A stretch of 64,000 nt of DNA from an uncultured Gemmataceae bacterium (GCA_963750165.1 CAVVPN010000003.1:2720001-2784000), one strand, 5' to 3'; positions 41,801-52,589 are shown, numbered from the stretch's first letter. Translations and numbers: made by a program. The notes: generated from the sequence alone by a model not told the origin.

Positions 41801-44583
41801 GCCCGCGACGCCCGCGTAGGGACCGCCAATGTTCGCGGTCGGGGCCACGTCGTCCGCGGTGATCGTATCAGTGCTGCCGAGTGTGGCGCCGGTTTGGTTG
41901 GTGGCGGTCAGCGTGACGGCGAAGGAGCCGCGGTCGTCGGGGGTGAAGGTGAACTGCGATCCGCTGCCGCTGGCAAAGGCAGTGCCGTTCTTGAGCACCT
42001 GCCAGGCATACGCATAGGTGGACCCCGCGGGCGGGTTACTGACGCTGCCAGTCAACGTGATCGGCGTGCCCTCCGGGCTGTGCCCCGACGTCGGCGCCCC
42101 CGTAATCTGCGCCTGAGGGGCGGGGGTCACGATGACAGTGGTCTGGTCGGTGCCGGTGCCGCCGTTCTGGTCCATGACGGTCAGGATGACGGTAAAGGCG
42201 CCACTGTTGACGTAGGTGTGGCTCGGGGAGGCGCCGGTGGCGGAGGTGCCGTCACCGAAGTTCCAGCTGTAGGAGAAGCCGGCCGCCGTGTCGGCCGGAT
42301 TCGAGTCGGTGGCGCTGGCGGCGAAGGCGATACTGGTGCCCGCGACGCCCGCGTAGGGACCGCCAATGTTCACGGTCGGGGCCACGTCGTCCGCGGTGAT
42401 CGTATCGGTGCTGTCGAGCGTGGCGCCGGTTTGGTTGGTGGCCGTTAGCGTGACGGCGAACGAGCCGGCGGCGTCGGGGGTGAAGGTGAACTGCGGGCCG
42501 CTGCCGCTGACGAAGGCGGTGCCATTCTGGAGCACCTGCCAGGCGTACGTGTAGGTGGACCCCTGCTGCGGGTTGCTGACGCTGCCGGTCAACGTGATCG
42601 GCGTGCCCTCCGGGCTGTCCCCCGACATCGGCGCTCCCGTGATCTGCGCCTGAGGAGCGGGAGCCACGGTGACGGTAGTCTGGGCGATGCTGGCGGTGCC
42701 GGCCTGGTCCGTGACGGTCAGGATGACAGTAAAGGCGCCACTGTTGAGATAGGTGTGGCTCGGGGAAGCGCCGATGGCGGTGTCGCCGTCGCCGAAGTTC
42801 CAGCTGTAGGAGAAGCCGGCCGCCGTGTCGGCCGGGTTCGGGTCGGTGGCGCTGGCGGCGAAGGCGATGTCAGTGCCCACGACGCCTGCATAGGGACCGC
42901 CGAGGTTCGCGGTCGGTGCCACGTCGTCCGCGGTGATCGTCGTGCTGGTGCTGCTCTGTTGGCCCGCCTGGTTGGTGGCCGTCAGCGTGACGGCGAAGGA
43001 GCCACGGTCGTCGGGGGTGAAGGTGAACTGCGCGCCGCTGCCAGTTGCGAAGGCGGCGCTATTCTTGAGCACCTGCCAGGTGTACGTGTAGGTGGACCCC
43101 GCGAGCGGGTTACTGACGCTGCCAGTCAACGTGATCGGCGTGCCTGCCGGGCTGTGCCCCGACGCCGGCGCCCCCGTGATCTGCGCCTGCAGCGCCAGGT
43201 CGGCCACGGTGACGGTGGTCTGGGCGGTGCCGCTGTCGCCGGCCTGGTCCGTGACGGTCAGGGTGACAGGGAAGGTGCCAGCGCCGGCGTAGCCGTGGCT
43301 CATGGTGGCGGTGGTAGTGGTGGCAGTGGTGCCGTCGCCGAAGTTCCAGTTGTAGGAGAAGCCGGCCGCCGTCTCGACCGGGCTCGGGTCCGTGGCGCGG
43401 GCGTTGAAGGCGATGCTGGAGCCGACGACGCCCGCATAGGGACCGCCGAGGTTCGCGGTCGGCGCCACGTCGTCCGCGGTGATCGTCGTGCTGGTGCTGC
43501 CCAGCTGGCCCGCCTGGTCGGCGGCGGTCAGGGTGATGGCGAAGGAGCCGATGCCGTCGGGGGTGAAGGTGAACTGCGGGCCGCTGCCGCTGGCGAAGGC
43601 GGCGCCGTTCTTGAGCACCTGCCAGGCATACGTGTAGGTGGGCCCCTGCTGCGGGCTGTTGACGCTGCCGGTCAACGTGATCGGCGTGGCCGCCGGGCTG
43701 TGCCCCGACGCCGGCGCCCCGTGATCTGCGCCTGCAGCGTCGAGTCGGTCACGGTGACGGTGGTCGGATTCGTGCCGACGGTGGGCCAGTCCCCGAAGAA
43801 TTCCGGGGAGGTCAGGATCAGGACCGCCACTTTCTCCAGGGAAGAATCGACGGTGGGGATCGTGCCGACGAACTGCTGGACGTTGAGTGGGTACTGGGAG
43901 TTGTCCGTGTCATGCGCCGTGGTGTAAGCCAGGCTGTGGAACCCAATGATGTCCCCGGGATCCTGGTCCTGCAGGCCGCGGACAAAGCCGGTGAGACCGG
44001 GCGCGTCCGCCGTGCGGTTCAGCAGGCTGACGTAGTCATTCCCGACCACCAGGGTCTCATTTTCCTTGGTAGTCAGGATGTCCAGGGCCACGGTGGCGTA
44101 ACTCTTTGGGGTTTGCAACTGCGCCGTCCAGCCCGATAGCTCCGCGTAACTCGGGGCGCGGCCGAGCAGGTTCTGGTAGAGCGACTGCACGAATTTGGTG
44201 GGGCCCGGGTGGTCGGCCAGGTATTCCGGCGAGGTCAGCAAGGCGGTCTGAACCTGAACTTCACTCAGGCCGCCGTTGGTGAAGCGGTTGACCCAGTGCT
44301 GCCGCTCCGCGGGGGTTTCGGTGCGGTCCAGGAAGCTCTGGTAGTACGAGTCTACTTGCAGGCCGCGGTGCTCCGGCGACAGCCAGATGCTAGCCACCAG
44401 TTGTGTGGCTGAGGAGGTTTGATCCAGCTGCACGCCGGCGGTGACCTCGGCCGCGGTCGGCGAGCGGTGCAGCACCTGCAGGTACAGGCCGTTCACGTAA
44501 CTGGCTGCGTCCGGCACCAGGCGCGCTTCCAACGTCTCAACGCCAAGGTTAATCTGCTGTTTCTTCGTCGAGATGCGACCCAT
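35801..44583 (-). CDS. Giant (~2,927 aa) secreted/surface protein: planctomycete export motif, DUF4214-like repeats, 11 two-domain PKD/Ig units, Gly-Thr linker, C-terminal ~600-aa lyase-like domain; -1 frameshift in the C-run at 43717-43720
   Basis: MGRISTKKQQINLGVETLEARLVP; FVQSLYQNLLGRAP; 11 W[N/K]FGDG motifs; the first unit has GCGCCCCGTG where intact units have GCGCCCCCGTG. Confidence 0.88.
37670..43740 (-). repeat. Tandem coding repeat array, unit ~537-546 bp, 11 copies
   Basis: Homologous positions at 41107/41644/42181 are 537 bp apart; each unit starts with QA[Q/H]I[T/M]GAP. Confidence 0.92.
38748..38883 (-). repeat. Low-complexity (Gly-Thr/Ser)n linker
   Basis: TTSTGSGTGTGSGTGSGTGTGTGTGTG...TTGSG, encoded by 6-nt-period repeats. 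Confidence 0.9.
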
Positions 44584-44682
44584 GGGGAAACCTCGTGTTT
44601 GTTGATGCCCACCTTCCCGCAATGCGAACACGGAAAAGGTTGAGGCAAAGGACTTCATCCGACGGTTCCCACCGAGGGCTGG

Positions 44683-44698
44683 CGCACACCGAATGCCA
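44683..44698 (-). promoter_or_regulatory. sigma54 promoter for the giant protein gene
   Basis: Minus strand TGGCATTCGGTGTGCG (GG-N10-GC), ~100 nt before ATG 44583; TGT-N12-ACA at 44765-44782. Confidence 0.55.
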
Positions 44699-45426
44699 AC
44701 CCATTGGCACCCAGGCGCTGGTAGTGGATGACGCACGACGGCCGAAACCACGTTCAGGGTTGTGTGTGGGAGTGGGATTACACGTCATTAGTGAAGCGAC
44801 GCCGCACGGCGCAACTTCCTTGGAAAAGGGCTTGTTCCACAGCGGTTCTGCTGAAACCTGGAGCGATAACAGACCCGCGACTCAACCGCTCCACGGATAG
44901 ACCACGTGGAAAGGAAAATGCTTACAAAGCTCACCGGGTCGAATGGGCCAGAAGAATCGTTACGACCGGTCCCCTCGGCTTCAAGGCCTACGAGACACGC
45001 CTCGTTGCGAGATCAACGCCGGTGACTGTGTGTGGCACAGACCTAGGCCGTTGGATTACACGTTTACTCAAGTAAATGAAAAGTAGGTCTTGCGAGCAAG
45101 TTTGTCAATTGTGTTTTTTGCCTTTTTTTCTACTTTAGAGGCGATTTGTGGGGAATCTTCCGCTCCAATCCGCAACTTCGCGGCCGTCCGCAGACCAACC
45201 TGGGTTCATCTCCTGCCAAAGTCTGCACCCGCAGCCGACCCTCCGAATCGCCGGCCCCCGACCGTTACGTCTGTCTCAGCGCCTCGCGGTCAGCGCACGC
45301 GGCATCGAGTTTCTTGGCCAACTGGTGTTTCGTGGTCCGGTAACGGGACTGCATCGGCTGCCCTGATGGCCTGCGGGCCCACGAGAAATTGGGCTCTTTT
45401 GAACCATGCCTGAGATGAAACCGCCG

Positions 45427-47960
45427 CTATTCATTCCCCGAGCGTAACTCCCACCGCTGGCGTGTCCGATACGTCTCCACCACCCAGCGCCGGCCGTCGC
45501 CCCGGATCGTGACCGCCCCGTGCGTTGCCGTGCTGAGGAAGCGCACGCCCGCCCCCGCATACGCCGCCTCGGTGTCCCGGCTGCGCGGCGGCACCTGGCA
45601 CACAATCGCCACGCGCGGCGCCGTCCAGCCGATCAGCGCCGCGTGATCGACCGCCTTGCTGCCGTGGTGCGGCACCTGAATCACGTCCACCGGCACTGCC
45701 GGCAACAACCGCACCTGCTCCAGTCCCGCCCCCTCCAGGTCGCCGGTCAGCAGCAGCGACCGTTCGCCGTGCCGCAGACGCAGCACCAGGCTGCGCGTGT
45801 TCTCGATGCCGTCCGGCCCGTGCGGCGGCGGGTGCAGCACCTCGATGTCCATGTCGCCGGCGCAGGCGGTCGCCGCGCTTGACGATGCGCACCGGGACGC
45901 GATACCGCTCCAGCGCCGCAGCGCCGCCTCGACGCCGGGCGTGTCGCGCTGCGAAAAGCTCGGCGTCGTGCTGACCTGGCCGACGCTGAAGCGCTCCAGC
46001 AGCGCCGGAATGCCGTTGAAGTGGTCAAGGTCCGCGTGCGACAGGAACACCTCGTCGATACGGCGGACGCCGCGGCTCCACAGGAACGGCGCGATGTGGC
46101 GGGCGGTCACGTCGGGGCCGGCGATGGCGCCGGCGTCGTAGAGCAGCACGCGGCCGTCCGGCGTCTCGATCACCGTGCAACCGCCGTGACCGACCGCGAC
46201 GAACGTGCAGCGCAGTTCGCCCGGCGGCCAGCGCAGCAGCGCCGCCAGGCCGACGCACAGCCACAGCGCCGCCAGCAGTGCCGCCGGCCGCCAGTGTCGC
46301 CGGAGTGCTGGCACCGTCAGGAAGGCGAGCAGGCCCGGGTAGAAGACCCACAGCCACCAGACCGGCACGTCGCCGACATAGGTGTAGGCGCCGGCCAGCC
46401 GTCCGCGGCGCTGACGAGCACGTCGCAGGCGCCGAGCGTGACGTGCAGCAGCCACACGGCCGGCTGCGCCAGCGGCCAACACCACGGCGCCAGCGCCAGC
46501 ACCACGAAACCCGCCACCAGCGCGATGGAGGTCAATAACAACAGCGGCGGCCCCAGCACGACGCTAACCGGCGACACCAGATGCGTCCACGACACGGTGA
46601 GCGGTAACAGCGCCAGCCAGACGGCGAGCGTCACGGCATAGGCCGCCAGGATTTGCTTGCCCGTCCAGAGCAGGGCCTTTTGCCACGCCGGCCGCGCCGC
46701 CCAGATCAGTTCCTCCACGGGGTCGGGCGGCGCGGTCGCCCACCAGGGGCCGACGCCCCAGCACAGCACCGCCACCGCCAGGAACGAGAACTGACAGCCC
46801 CAGTTGAACACGTCCGTCGGGTTGAGCAGCGCCACCAGCAGCCACGCCAGCGCGAAGGCGTTCGGCAGCAGCACCGGCCGCTTCAGCAGCAGGCCGCCGC
46901 AGAAGGCGCAGACCATGACCGCGGCGCGCAGCACCGGCGGCCGGCCGCCGACCAGCACGGTGTAGCACAGCAACAGCGCCGTCACCGCCAGGCCGCCGCG
47001 CCGCCGCCGTACGCCCGCCAGCCGCAGCAGCGCCCACGCGAAGCCGGCCAGCACCACCATGTGCTGTCCCGAGATCGCCAGCACATGAATGACGCCGGTG
47101 CGGATGTACTTCTGCCAGTCCGCGCGCGTCAGTGTCGAGCCCTCGCCGAGCAGCAGCGCCATCGCCAGGCCCGCCTGCGGTTCCGGCAGCGCCTCGGCGA
47201 ACAGCCGCTGACCGCCGCCGCGCAACAGCGCCACCAGGCCGGCGGCGTGCCACGGCCAACGCCGATCCGTCAGCGTGACGCCATCCGGGCCGGGCCGCAC
47301 CGCCAGCACGGCGCCGATGTTCTGGTCGCGCAAATACTCGGCGTAATCGAACTCGCCCGGGTTGCCCGGCGACAGCGGGACGCTGAGGTTGCCGACGACC
47401 TCGATAGCGTCACCGCCGTGCAGTTCCGGCACCGGGCCGCGGGCGACCACCTGCGCCAGGCCGGACGCCGGCAGCCAGTCGTCGCGGCCCATGATCTGGC
47501 GGACGCGCAGCACGAACTGCGTCGAACCGCTCGGCGGGCGGGCGCGGAGCGGGTCGCGCGGCGGCGGCGCCGTCAGCACTGGCTCGCGCTCGACGGTGCC
47601 GCGCAGCAGCGCGGGCCGTGGTTCCGGCGCGGCGCAGTGGGCCACGTCTTCGGCCGGCGTCGCGCGGCGGTAGTGGTGACCGGCGGCCGCCAGGGCCGCG
47701 ACCGCCGCCCAGAGGAAGCAGGGGGCCAGCCCCGGCCGGCCGACGGCCTGGGCCCGCGCCCAGGCGCCGAGGGCGCCGGCGACGATTAGCAGGCCGACCA
47801 GGGGCGCCACGCCGAGGTGGCGGTCGAGGAGGATGCCCGCGCTGGCGGCGAGGGCCAGCGGCACCAGCGGCGCCTGCCAAACCCCGGCGCCAGTGGTGGG
47901 TTGGGTGCTGAAGGCCTGCACCAGCGTCGGGGCCGCGGCGGGGACCAGAGGCGAAGCCAT
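45427..47960 (-). CDS. comEC: ComEC/Rec2 competence protein (OB-fold, Competence and metallo-beta-lactamase domains); frameshifts near 46392, 45919 and 45861
   Basis: NPGEFDY, TGVIHVLAISGQH, VLRAAVM, GCQFSF, VGHGG, LSHADLDH, LLTGDLE, VPHHGS. Confidence 0.92.
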
Positions 47961-48093
47961 GACGGGGCCTCTCGGGGAAGGTGGTTGATCGATAATGTAT
48001 ACCCGGAGCGGGTGCTTGACCGGGGCGGGGCAGGATGAAACAATAGTCAGGGTCCGCATCCCTAACTCGCTCGCACTACGATGGGAGGCGATC

Positions 48094-48975
48094 ATGACAC
48101 GCAAAGCACTGGTCGTGGAAGACGAGCAGGACACCGGTCTGTTGCTGGCCGAATACCTGCGCCGCTGGGGCTTCGAGCCGACGGTCCTGACCGACGGGAA
48201 CCCCGCCATCTCGTGGGTCCGCGAACACCAGCCGGACCTGATCCTGCTCGACCTGCTCTTGCCGGGCACCGACGGCTTCACCATCTGCGAGAACCTCAAA
48301 CTGGAGCGGCAGACGAACCTCATTCCGATCATCATGATTACGGCCCTGATCGCTCCGGAGGACAAGGTGCGCGGCCTGAAGGTCGGCGCCAACCAGTATC
48401 TGACCAAGCCCTTCACCGGCGCCGACCTCAACAAGGCCATTCAGGAAGTCATCGCCTGGCGGCAGGATCTGGAGCACAACGGCACTGAGGGCGAGGTCCA
48501 CTTCCACCTGCAGAGCGACACGCAACACCTGGACGAGTTGAATCACCTGCTCGGGTCGCTGTTCCTGTTCAGCGGCCTGGCACAGCACCAGGTGAAGCAG
48601 CTGACGACGGCGGTGCGTGAGCTGGGCACCAACGCCATCGAGTGGGGCCACCAGAAGCAGAAGGACCGCATCGTCACGGTGGTCTACCGCATCGACCCGG
48701 AGAAGGTGACCATCGTCATCCGCGACACCGGCTCCGGTTTCAACCCGAGCAACGTGCCGCACGCCGCCACCACGGACGACCCGGTCGGCCACATGATGGT
48801 GCGCGAGACGCTGGGGCTGCGCGAGGGCGGCTTCGGCATTCTGATGTCGCGCGGTCTGGTGGACGACCTGCAGTACAATGAAACCGGCAATGAGGTGCGG
48901 CTCATCAAGTACTTCCCGCCCCAGGCACATCTGAAACCGGACCAGAACGGATCGCAGGAGACGGTGCAGAAATGA
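48094..48975 (+). CDS. Response-regulator receiver fused to an RsbW-like (anti-sigma) HATPase domain
   Basis: VVEDE, LLDLLLP, MITA, LTKPF; ELGTNAIEWG, IRDTGSGF, GGFGILM, YNETGN. Confidence 0.88.
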   Translation: MTRKALVVEDEQDTGLLLAEYLRRWGFEPTVLTDGNPAISWVREHQPDLILLDLLLPGTDGFTICENLKLERQTNLIPIIMITALIAPEDKVRGLKVGANQYLTKPFTGADLNKAIQEVIAWRQDLEHNGTEGEVHFHLQSDTQHLDELNHLLGSLFLFSGLAQHQVKQLTTAVRELGTNAIEWGHQKQKDRIVTVVYRIDPEKVTIVIRDTGSGFNPSNVPHAATTDDPVGHMMVRETLGLREGGFGILMSRGLVDDLQYNETGNEVRLIKYFPPQAHLKPDQNGSQETVQK

Positions 48976-50043
48976 GCGCTTTTGTGGCTCGGGTTTTCTG
49001 CCCCCTCCGATGGACGTTGCTCGTCCTGGTATTGTGCTGCCTGTTCGCGGCCGGCTGCAGCAGCGGCGGCAAGAGTCGCGTCGTGCTCTACTGTGCCCAG
49101 GATCGCGAGTTCGCCGAGGACGTGCTCAACACCTTCGAGAAGCGCAGCGGCTGGCCGGTGACGACGCGCTTCGACAGCGAGGCGAACAAGGCGGTCGGCC
49201 TGTACGAGGACTTGGTGCGCGAGGCCCGGCAGCCGCGCTGCGATGTGTACTGGAACAACGAGATCATCGCCACCCTCCGCCTGGCAAAGCAGGATCTGCT
49301 GGAGCCCTACGACAGCCCCGCCGCGGCCGCGTTCCCGCCGCAGTGGCGCGCAGGACCACACCTGGCACGCCTTCGCCGCCCGCGCTCGCATCCTGCTGCT
49401 CAACACCAAGCTGCTGCGCGACCGCGGTATCCCCGAGGACCAGTGGCCGCGCAGCCTCGACGATTTGACCGACCCGCGCTACTCAGACCAGATCGCGATG
49501 AGCAAACCGCAGGCCGGCACGTCGGCGACGCAGGCGGCGTGTCTGTTCGTGGCGTGGGGCGACGCGAAGGCCAAGGCGTGGTATCGCGGCCTGCGCAAGA
49601 ACGGCGTGCAGTTGGTGGCGGGCAACAAGCAGGTCGCGGAGGGCGTCGGTCAGGGTCAGTTCGCCATCGGCCTGACCGACACCGACGACGCGATGGCCGA
49701 GATCGAGGCCGGGCGGCCAGTGCGCCTGGTCTTCCCCGACGCGGACGCACCACCGAACAGCGGCCGCGGCGTGTTGTTTATCCCGAACACGGTGGCGCTG
49801 ATCCGCGGCGGACCCAATCGCGACGGCGGCCGGCAGCTGATCGACTATCTGCTGAGCGAGGAAGTCGAGGCAGAGCTCGCGAAGGCGGGCTATCACATTC
49901 CGCTGAACCCGGCTGTGAAAGTGGAGTTGCCGGAGGCGATGCGGCCGGCGCGGTCGGCGCGGCAGCTGCCGGTCGATTTCGAGCGCGCGGCGGCGCGGTG
50001 GGCGGAGGTGCAGGCGTTTCTGCGCGAGGAGTTCGGGTTGTGA
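48972..50043 (+). CDS. ABC transporter Fe(III)-type substrate-binding lipoprotein; -2 frameshift near 49348
   Basis: Lipobox FAAGC, VVLYCAQD, PRCDVYW, then FAARARILLLN, GLTDTDD, IPNTVALI in the 49243 frame. Confidence 0.85.
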
Positions 50044-50090
50044 GTTGGTTCGTGGGGCAGACAGGAATGTCTGCCCCACGAACCAACTCA
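50041..50090. repeat. REP-like palindrome / bidirectional terminator filling a convergent intergenic gap
   Basis: 23-bp perfect stem TGAGTTGGTTCGTGGGGCAGACA, loop GGAA; both stop codons form the stem base. Confidence 0.85.
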
Positions 50091-51504
50091 CTTCTTCTTC
50101 GCCCGCTCCCAGATCGGCCCATACACTTCCTTGTCGAACGGCGGGCAGCCCGTGGCGAACTGCCCCTGTTCGTTGTGCTTGGCGCGCATCAGTGCGGTGC
50201 AGTAGCTGAAGGTGCGGCAGACACGCTTACGGTCGAGCCGGCCGTGCTCCTGCAACTGGCGCACGAAGTCCGGCTGCGCGAAGGCGGCGCGGCCGACGCC
50301 CACGAAGGTGACGCGGCCGGCGCTGATGTTGGCGGCGCCGGCCTGCGGCAGAAATTCCTGCAAGTAACTGTACCCGCTGCCGACCACCGGCAGGTCCGGA
50401 AAGCGCTGCTGCACCTGGCCCGCGAGGGCGAAATGACGGGCGACGCCGTGCAGCGGATGCTCCGGTGTCTCGTAACCGTCCGGCGGCGGGTACTCGAACG
50501 GCCGCGCCACGTGCGGCGTCGCGTATGGGCTGCCCATGCTCACGTTCACCAGTGCCACTCCCAGCTGCCGCAGTTCCTCCACATACGTCAGCGGCTCCGT
50601 CAGGTCCGACTTCAGCGGCTGCTCGGCGCTCGTGCCCCAGGCGCTGAGCACTGGCGGCTGCCACGGGCACGGCTCGCCGTCGTCACCGCCCGGCCGTTTG
50701 CGAAACGGCACGCAGTCGAAGACATTGAGCCGCGTCGCCACGATGAGGCCGGGCACCTCGGCGCGGATGCGGCCGATGATCTCGCGCCAGCCGCGTGCGG
50801 TTCTCCAGGCTGCCGCCGTATGGCCCCGGCCGCGTCCGCGCCGCCAGCAGTTCGTTGAGCAGATAACGATGACATTGCTTCACATCGACGAACTGAAAGC
50901 CGAGCTGATACGCCAGCCGGGCCACGGTCACGTAATGGTCGGTCAGGCGTTTCAGCTCGTCGTCGGTCAGCAGCGGATAGTCCGCGTCCACGGTGCGGCC
51001 GGTGGTTTTATCGACGACGGTGCGCGGGTCGAGGAGCGGGTCGTGAAAAGCAATCAGCGGCCGCCGATAGCTGTAGCGGCCGGAGTGGGTCAGCTGCAGG
51101 CCGACGATCAGATCGTCGTCGCTGCCGAACGCCGCGCGGTGGGCGGCGCGGCACTCGCGCAGCAGCCGGCCCAGGTCCGGCGCGGTGCGGTCGTTGAGCC
51201 ATAGCTGCCGCGCGTTGGCCCGACCCTCCTCGACGACCGCGGTGGCCTCGCCCCAGATGAGTTTGGCGCCGCCACCGCCGAAACGCTGATAGCGGCGGTA
51301 GGTCAACTCGTCGGGATGACCGTCGAGGGTGCCGTCACAGCCCTCCATCGGCTGCACGCACAGGCGGTTGCCGGCGCGCTGCGGGCCGACGAATGCGGGC
51401 TGGAACAGCGGCGTCAAATCCTCGCTGAACTCCAGGTCCAGGTCGAGGCGCGTGCATTCCGTGGCGAGGTCGGACAGACTGTGGAATTTGAAGTAACGGG
51501 CCAA
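50088..51504 (-). CDS. NADH:flavin oxidoreductase (Old Yellow Enzyme family); -2 frameshift near 50785
   Basis: NRLCVQPMEG, GLQLTHSGR, VDVKQCHRYLLNELL, YGGSLENRTR, VGVGR, CRTFSYC; TTG start. Confidence 0.88.
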
Positions 51505-51529
51505 CGCTTCCTCCCCTCGTCGTGGGCAT

Positions 51530-51654
51530 TAGAGCGGTTCGCGTTTGGGTAGCGCACAAGTCGTGGGACGGCTCTCCAGAGCCGTCAGCGTTCTCCCGAC
51601 GGCTCTGGAGAGCCGTCCCACGACTTGTAGTCCACGCGACTGGGAACCGCTCTA
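51530..51654. mobile_element. MITE-like element (TA-GAGCGGTTC...GAACCGCTC-TA) enclosing a 31-bp REP-like inverted repeat at 51556-51628
   Basis: TAGAGCGGTTC at 51530-51540 and GAACCGCTCTA at 51644-51654; internal perfect IR ACAAGTCGTGGGACGGCTCTCCAGAGCCGTC. Confidence 0.65.
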
Positions 51655-51689
51655 GGCACTGGGCATTGGGCATTATTGCAGATTGCGAC

Positions 51690-51759
51690 TGGGTGTAGCG
51701 GAAGTCGCCAGACTTCCGAGCAGCACCGGACGGAAGTCTGGCGACTTCCGCTACACCCA
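51690..51759. repeat. GTAG-family REP doublet
   Basis: 29-bp perfect IR TGGGTGTAGCGGAAGTCGCCAGACTTCCG with a 12-nt spacer; identical core at 63404. Confidence 0.88.
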
Positions 51760-51839
51760 ACTGCGAACCGCTCAAGTTATCAGATTTGCAATCGAGAACC
51801 TACACGGTTGCCCTGAACGGGAACCCGGATAACTAATGC

Positions 51840-52589
51840 CTAATGCCTGGTGGCAACCAGCCACAGCCGCTGCGCCCCCAGGCGGAACGGCTCATCCTGC
51901 AAGCCGCCGTAGCCCTGCATGTCGCTGAAGCCGTGCGCCCGCAACAGCCCGCACAGTTCCCGATACGTGTAGACACGCTGCGAGAAACTACGCTTCTCCA
52001 CCTGACCGTCGCGGATGAACGTCAGCTCCGGCTCGATCCGGCTGGCCTCCAGGTCGTAGCCGTTGCGGATCAGGAACACCATGTCGCCCACATCGTACCA
52101 GCGCTGCTCGTGGAAGTTCGGCAGCACCGCCTCGGCCGCCGTCGAGGCGTCGAGTACCAGCCGCGCCCCCGGCTTCAGCGCCCGCGCCAGCGCCGCCACG
52201 AACGCCGTGTTGCCCTCCTCGTCCAGGTAGCCGAAGCAGGTCCCCAGACAGTACGCCCCGTCGAAAACCGCCTCCCACGGCAGGTCGCGCATGTCGCCCT
52301 CGCGCCACTCCACCGCGACGCCCCGGCCGACCGCCGCCGCCCGCGCGTGCTCCAGGAACTCCGGGGAAAGGTCGATGCCCGTCACCGCGTAGCCACGCGC
52401 CGCCAGTTCCACGGCGTGCCGGCCGCCGCCGCACGGCACGTCCAGCACGCCCGCCCCCGGCGGCAGTTGCAGGTGCCGTTCGAGGAACTCCACCTCCGGC
52501 AACGTCACCTCCGGGGTGCCGTGGTGCAGCCACATCTCGACCGTGATGCCGGTGAAAAACGTCTGATACCAGTCCGCCGGAACACCCAT
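51840..52589 (-). CDS. Class I SAM methyltransferase
   Basis: VLDVPCGGGRHA, GIDLS, GDMRDLP, LKPGARLVLD. Confidence 0.9.
   Translation of the reverse strand: MGVPADWYQTFFTGITVEMWLHHGTPEVTLPEVEFLERHLQLPPGAGVLDVPCGGGRHAVELAARGYAVTGIDLSPEFLEHARAAAVGRGVAVEWREGDMRDLPWEAVFDGAYCLGTCFGYLDEEGNTAFVAALARALKPGARLVLDASTAAEAVLPNFHEQRWYDVGDMVFLIRNGYDLEASRIEPELTFIRDGQVEKRSFSQRVYTYRELCGLLRAHGFSDMQGYGGLQDEPFRLGAQRLWLVATRH

Noticed and set aside
43717..43720. Programmed frameshift or phase-variable switch in the giant gene
   Set aside because: The run is only 4-5 nt, equivalent runs in other units are intact, and similar deletions occur window-wide; a sequencing error is more parsimonious, though not proven
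37670..43740. Long regular repeats as a CRISPR array or non-coding satellite
   Set aside because: Units are ~540 bp, in-frame and encode PKD/Ig domains; there is no repeat-spacer structure and no cas gene
44790..45420. Riboswitch, ncRNA or small CDS in the long lower-GC intergenic region
   Set aside because: No recognisable riboswitch or tRNA motif; the short ORFs lack motifs and typical codon bias. An Rfam scan would be needed to exclude an RNA
47961..48440. N-terminal extension of the ComEC ORF
   Set aside because: Antisense to the response-regulator gene; ATG 47960 with an upstream RBS-like GAGAGG is more plausible
48972..50858. 628-aa ORF in the track
   Set aside because: Artefact of the frameshift near 49348; the true protein continues in the 49243 frame, and the rest is antisense to the oxidoreductase
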